A stretch of 63,347 nucleotides of DNA, counting the filler, from Hyphochytrium catenoides (Eukaryota; Protista; Hyphochytriomycota), in assembly GCA_900088475.1 (NCBI GenBank). It is 10 parts of 10 records of this genome, joined end to end, with 100 filler letters (N's around TTAATTAATTAA, not from the genome) between each part and the next. Parts side by side here need not be neighbours in the genome. Positions count along the whole stretch, not along the records: positions 48,071 to 61,029 come from FLMG01003978.1; positions 61,130 to 62,195 come from FLMG01003170.1; positions 62,296 to 63,347 come from FLMG01002606.1; 7 more parts are not named here. The stretch is one strand, 5' to 3'. The notes below the pieces were generated by a model. That model did no database searches. It was not told the origin of the DNA and saw only the letters and a program-made list of their open reading frames with translations. Shown piece by piece: positions 59,001 through 63,347 of this stretch (position 1 is its first letter; the number at the start of each line of letters is the position of its first letter). Made by a program: the position numbers and the translations under genes.

Positions 59001-60927
59001 GAAATGAATGAGACGAGACAACGAGCTGGGTCACTGTGAGAAAAGAGAGAATGGGGAACAGATGATTCTTTTCTTTTTATAAAAGATGCAGAAGAGAACG
59101 ACTCTTCTTAGGTCTTTCGACGGTCCGAGCTCACCGAAGACCAAAAGGGGCTGACGAAAGGCAACCAGGAGACCTCTCTCTCTCTTCCATTTGTGTCCAA
59201 TGGCCCTAGTAGATGTGCAAAAACGCGGGGAGGTTGACTCTACTAACTGACTGGCCAATATGACAGGAGAAAGAGAAAAACAAAAATAAATAGGGGGAGA
59301 GAGAAAGGGAGCGTAAAGCGTCTTCTCTCTTTCTCTGCTCTTGCTCTTTTTCCCTTGCCTAGTGACCAGCCTCTTTGGCTCAGCTTTGTCAGCCAATGTC
59401 TCTCTTTCCAAAGTAGCCAATAATAACTATGTAAAAAATTGATCGCAGATGACGAGGGAGCTCTTGTGTCGAGTGAGGAACGACAGAAAGTTGGAGAGAC
59501 CAAGGAACTTCGAGTTAGAGGGAAAGATTGTGGGTTGAGAACCGAGAGAAGCCAGAGGCTCTAGCATGGCCTGAGAACTCTTCTTACATTTTCCCCAGCT
59601 GGTACATTGGTAGAATGTACATTGGTAGAATGACGTCCACGCTTCAGGTTCCACCTAACAGAACGACCTAGGAGAAGAGGGAAGGCCGTCGCAAGAGTTA
59701 AGGGCCAAGAGAGAAGAAAGCACCTTTGAAACGCCTCTCTCTCTCTCTTTCTCTGTCTCCCACTAGCGTTATTCAAGCGGCCCTTGCACCTATAGTTGGC
59801 TAGCCCAGCCCAGTAAACAGTAACGGCAAGAGAAAAGAGGAACACATCTTCTCTCTTTTCTCTCTCTCTCTCTCTCTTTCCCTCCTCCACTCTTTAGAGT
59901 GAACTGTTTATGGCATAGGCATAGTTCCAGGAATGTAACGTATGAGACAGAAGAATCCAGTGAAGAGGGAGAGAGGGTTGCTTATCCACTCTGTCTTCTT
60001 CGCGAAGACAGCCCACTTTTTCTAGTACACGTGATCGTAGGAGCATGGGAAGAGAGGATTGTGAGCCTGGAACAACGTCAGCTTTAGGAAAAAGGAAGGC
60101 CTTCTGTCCTCTCCCTCCTCCGGTCATCTCTCACCCACTCTGTCTCGTGCAGCGCCTATTATCATCTAGCTAATTGATTCATTAGTGATGGCAGCAATAT
60201 ATCTCGCTTCACTCTTTCTCTATCCTCCATCGTCAAGAGATACAGAGAAAAAGAAAAGAGGACAAACAGGGAGAGAGGGAGAGACAGAGAGAGAGAGAAG
60301 CGACTGGTCGTCGTTACTCTCTCCTTCATAGTCAGTTCACTGTCACTCTTTTTCTCTCTCTCTTCATCTCTCTCCCTCACACTGGTTTCCCCTTGTTGAT
60401 GACGCTAACAACGGCCTTCCCCACAGAATGTCTTGGCAGGTAAACGTGTCATCTCCTCCGTTAGTTAACACTGGGGTTACAAGGGCAAAACAGCCAAATG
60501 GTCCTCTGTTTTTCTCCTTTCTCTTTTGAATTCCTTGCCCAACGTGCCCTGCCCAGAGAGGAAGAAAGAGAGAGAGAGAGACGGCTGCCCCTTCTCGAGC
60601 CTCTCTGCTCTCCATCTTCGGCCTCTACCTGTCTCTCTCCCTTCTCTTACATGTCTTTTGCCTTGCCCTTTTCTCCCTTCTCCCTTCTGTCTCTTCTCTC
60701 TCTTCGTCTCGGTTTCTTCTTCTGCTTTCTTCTCAAGACTGTCGCTGGCGTGGCAGACATCTTCATAAATGTGGGAATGGACGATGGGCGGCCAAAACCA
60801 TGGCTCTATTCCTCTTTCATTAACTCTTCTAGAAGGTAGAGGCAAGAGAGAGAGAGAGAGAAACACAGAGAAAGAGAAAGAAAGAAAGAGAAAAGTCGAA
60901 AGGTGGAGAAGTGGAGGTGAAAAGAGC

Positions 60928-60999
<72 letters not shown>

Positions 61000-61129
61000 T
61001 TGGCCCTTCCGTTAGAGATGACAAACCCTNNNNNNNNNNNNNNNNNNNNNNNNNNNNNNNNNNNNNNNNNNNNTTAATTAATTAANNNNNNNNNNNNNNN
61101 NNNNNNNNNNNNNNNNNNNNNNNNNNNNN

Positions 61130-61510
61130 CGCTTGGAACTGACGGAACTCTGTCAATCCTCCGACTCCCCACCAGAGCACTCCGCCCGCTCTCTCCAGCA
61201 CTTTTTGGAAGAGAGAGAGAGACTTCTCTCCTAGATCTGCATAGTAAAAAGACGGAGGAATGCCAAGGAGAGGGTCCTCTTTCTTTCTCTTCTGTTTCTT
61301 TCTCTCGGCAGCGGCGTCTTCTTCGTCAAGAGGAGAAGATGAAGAGACAGTCTTCCCTCCTTCTTCTTCTTCTTCTCTCTTTCTGTCTTTCTCTCTTTCT
61401 GTTTTCTTGCTTTGTGAGAGAGAGAGAGAGACATCGATCACTTTCTTTTCGTATCTGGGATATTTCTTAGCCTTTGGACCCCAGAGACGGACTTGCTCTG
61501 TAAGCAAGAG
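61130..61510 (-). CDS. Exon of a divergent phosphoglycerate-kinase-like domain (partial, contig-truncated)
   Basis: GIPPSFYYADLGEKSLSLFQKVLERAGGVLWWGVGGLTEFRQFQA aligns by eye to the PGK C-domain consensus IP.GW.GLDIGP.T..LF...I..AKTIVWNGP.GVFE...F..G. Confidence 0.6.
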
Positions 61511-62569
61511 AGAGACTGCAGAAGGAGCGGGGGGAAGAAGAGAAGGAGCCGTTTTCTCTTTCTCTTCCGCTGTTTCTTGATCCTGTTAAGAATTCGAGGG
61601 ACAGGCACAGAAAGACGGAGAGAGAGATAAGGGCGGGGAAGAGAGAGAGACAGACAGACAGAGAGAGAAAGAGAGAGAAATGGCCAGGAGAGAGGGAGAG
61701 AGAGGGAGGGAGAGAGGAAAGAAAGGAAAACCGGCAAATAATGAAAATGAGGTACTCAGCAGACGGTGCACGGACTGAGAGCCACAAAGAGAGGGTTGAG
61801 AGAGAGAGAGAGACGGAAAGAACAGAAGAGAGAGACAGAGAGAAGAGGGAAAGAGAGACAGCTTGAGAGAGAGGTACGTGAGGGTAGAAGAGAAAGCGAC
61901 GAGACAGAGAGAGAGAGAGAGAAAAAGAGACCACCTAGGAGAGAACTAGCATTAAGAATGCAAAGTGCAAGGAGAAACACCTGTGAGAAACTTACCTCTC
62001 CCTGATTCTCTTCCTCATTCTCTTCTCCCTCTTCTTCCTCTTTCTCTCCTTCTGTCTCTTCTTCCTCTTTCTCTCCTTCTGTCTCTTCTTCTTTCTCCTT
62101 CTCTTCTTCTTCTTCTTCTTCTTCTTCCTCTTTTTGTTCAGTCTCTTCTTCCTCTTCCTCTTCTTCCTCTTCTTCTTCGTCCTCGTTTTCTCCTGNNNNN
62201 NNNNNNNNNNNNNNNNNNNNNNNNNNNNNNNNNNNNNNNTTAATTAATTAANNNNNNNNNNNNNNNNNNNNNNNNNNNNNNNNNNNNNNNNNNNNTAACC
62301 TAAATAAGAGTGTCTTCAAATCCCATACATTATAACAGGTAGGGTGTTAGGTTGCAGCGAGTCGGAGACAGTAACGTCAAAGAGCGTGCACACTCTCTGA
62401 GGCTTTGGACTGTAGTTCTTTTTGACGCTGTACTCTGTAGTCGTTGTTCCGCCTTTCCCTATTCCCCATACTATACTGAGGAACCAGATCCACTCCAACT
62501 CCTCCCTGTTGTAGTTGTATTTAATATGTAGCTGGTATTAGACCTACGGGCTACTGTATTGTTATAACA

Positions 62570-63150
62570 CAAATATACCCGGCTACTATTCCAAATAAAA
62601 ACAAATATACTCGGTTATTATTCATCAAATCTCAATTTGCTGCGAATAATAGTCTCTAAAAGAGGCTCCAATCTAATAAATAGGGGAGTACTACTATGGT
62701 CTAATCCTGCTTGAGCAAGTACGGTGTACCCGTACAAATAATCCTGCCGGTCAAGGCTGGATTACCCCTATCTAAAAGGGCGAGCCCACAGGCTTGCCTG
62801 CTGTATGATAACAGTATCTTAGGGTTTATTATGATCGTTGGCATAGTCAGAAAAGCTTTAGATTGTGGAACCCAGTTGGGCTTATGAGTAGAGCACTCTC
62901 GTCTGATGACATTGTCCAATCATCCCTCCCATACAAGTCCGACAATCAACAGGGACTTTGTAGCTAAAACATGGGTAGTTACAAGTCCGACAATCAACAG
63001 GGACTTTCCTTCATATCTCGGCTTTTACTACTGGGACTTTGTAGCTAGAGCATGGGTAGTTAAGCTTCCCAGCTTGTAGTCCACATAACTGTGCTCTCAG
63101 ACTCGGCTTTTACTGGGACTTTGTAGCTAGAACATGGGTAGTTAAGCTCT
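62570..63150. repeat. Scrambled fragments of the 38537-38820 LTR family with short internal duplications
   Basis: 62858-62944 is the reverse complement of the LTR start. GGGACTTTGTAGCTA..ACATGGGTAGTTA occurs three times and ACAAGTCCGACAATCAACAGGGACTTT twice. Confidence 0.75.
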
Positions 63151-63347
63151 ATCAAGGGCTATACCGGAAGCCTGCAGGGCTAGTCTGCGAATATCTGTGT
63201 GGTTATTAAGATCATTAAGCCGTTTGTGCCACAGGGTGATGGGCTCTTGCTTGCTCGTAGCTGCGGCTAGTCTTGGAGGAGAAGAGTCACTACTTTGTTC
63301 CGGTGCATCGTCAGTGTCCGAGGAGTAATAAACGGTTCCATTGGTCA

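Overview
Eukaryotic (protist-like, probably flagellated because it carries a KATNIP homologue) draft sequence. It is ten separate contigs joined by artificial 100-nt linkers (44 N + TTAATTAATTAA + 44 N): 1-22187, 22288-26484, 26585-29679, 29780-32881, 32982-37267, 37368-40881, 40982-47970, 48071-61029, 61130-62195 and 62296-63347. Host genes are spliceosomal and often saturated with (CT)n/(AG)n microsatellites. They include a PPxY-rich coiled-coil protein, a DOT1-like methyltransferase head-to-head with TFB5, an LRR-IQ-WW-Tudor-like protein, a tandem-PH protein, KATNIP, a PH-TM-SMP synaptotagmin-like protein, an LPCAT-type acyltransferase and a divergent PGK-like fragment. Mobile DNA includes a nearly intact Ty1/copia element with a half-tRNAiMet-type primer-binding site, decayed copia and gypsy relics, nested or scrambled LTR pieces, and a duplicated element with GAA-triloop hairpins. 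The most notable item is an intronless, signal-peptide-bearing 654-aa gene (52477-54441) whose motifs resemble a cyanobacterial 'Abi/CAAX-protease-associated' soluble domain with a possible permuted papain-like His/Cys pair (candidate horizontal transfer). Next is an intact orphan ORF (39632-40783) in a transposon-rich contig. All family calls come from motif recognition by eye; no database search was run.
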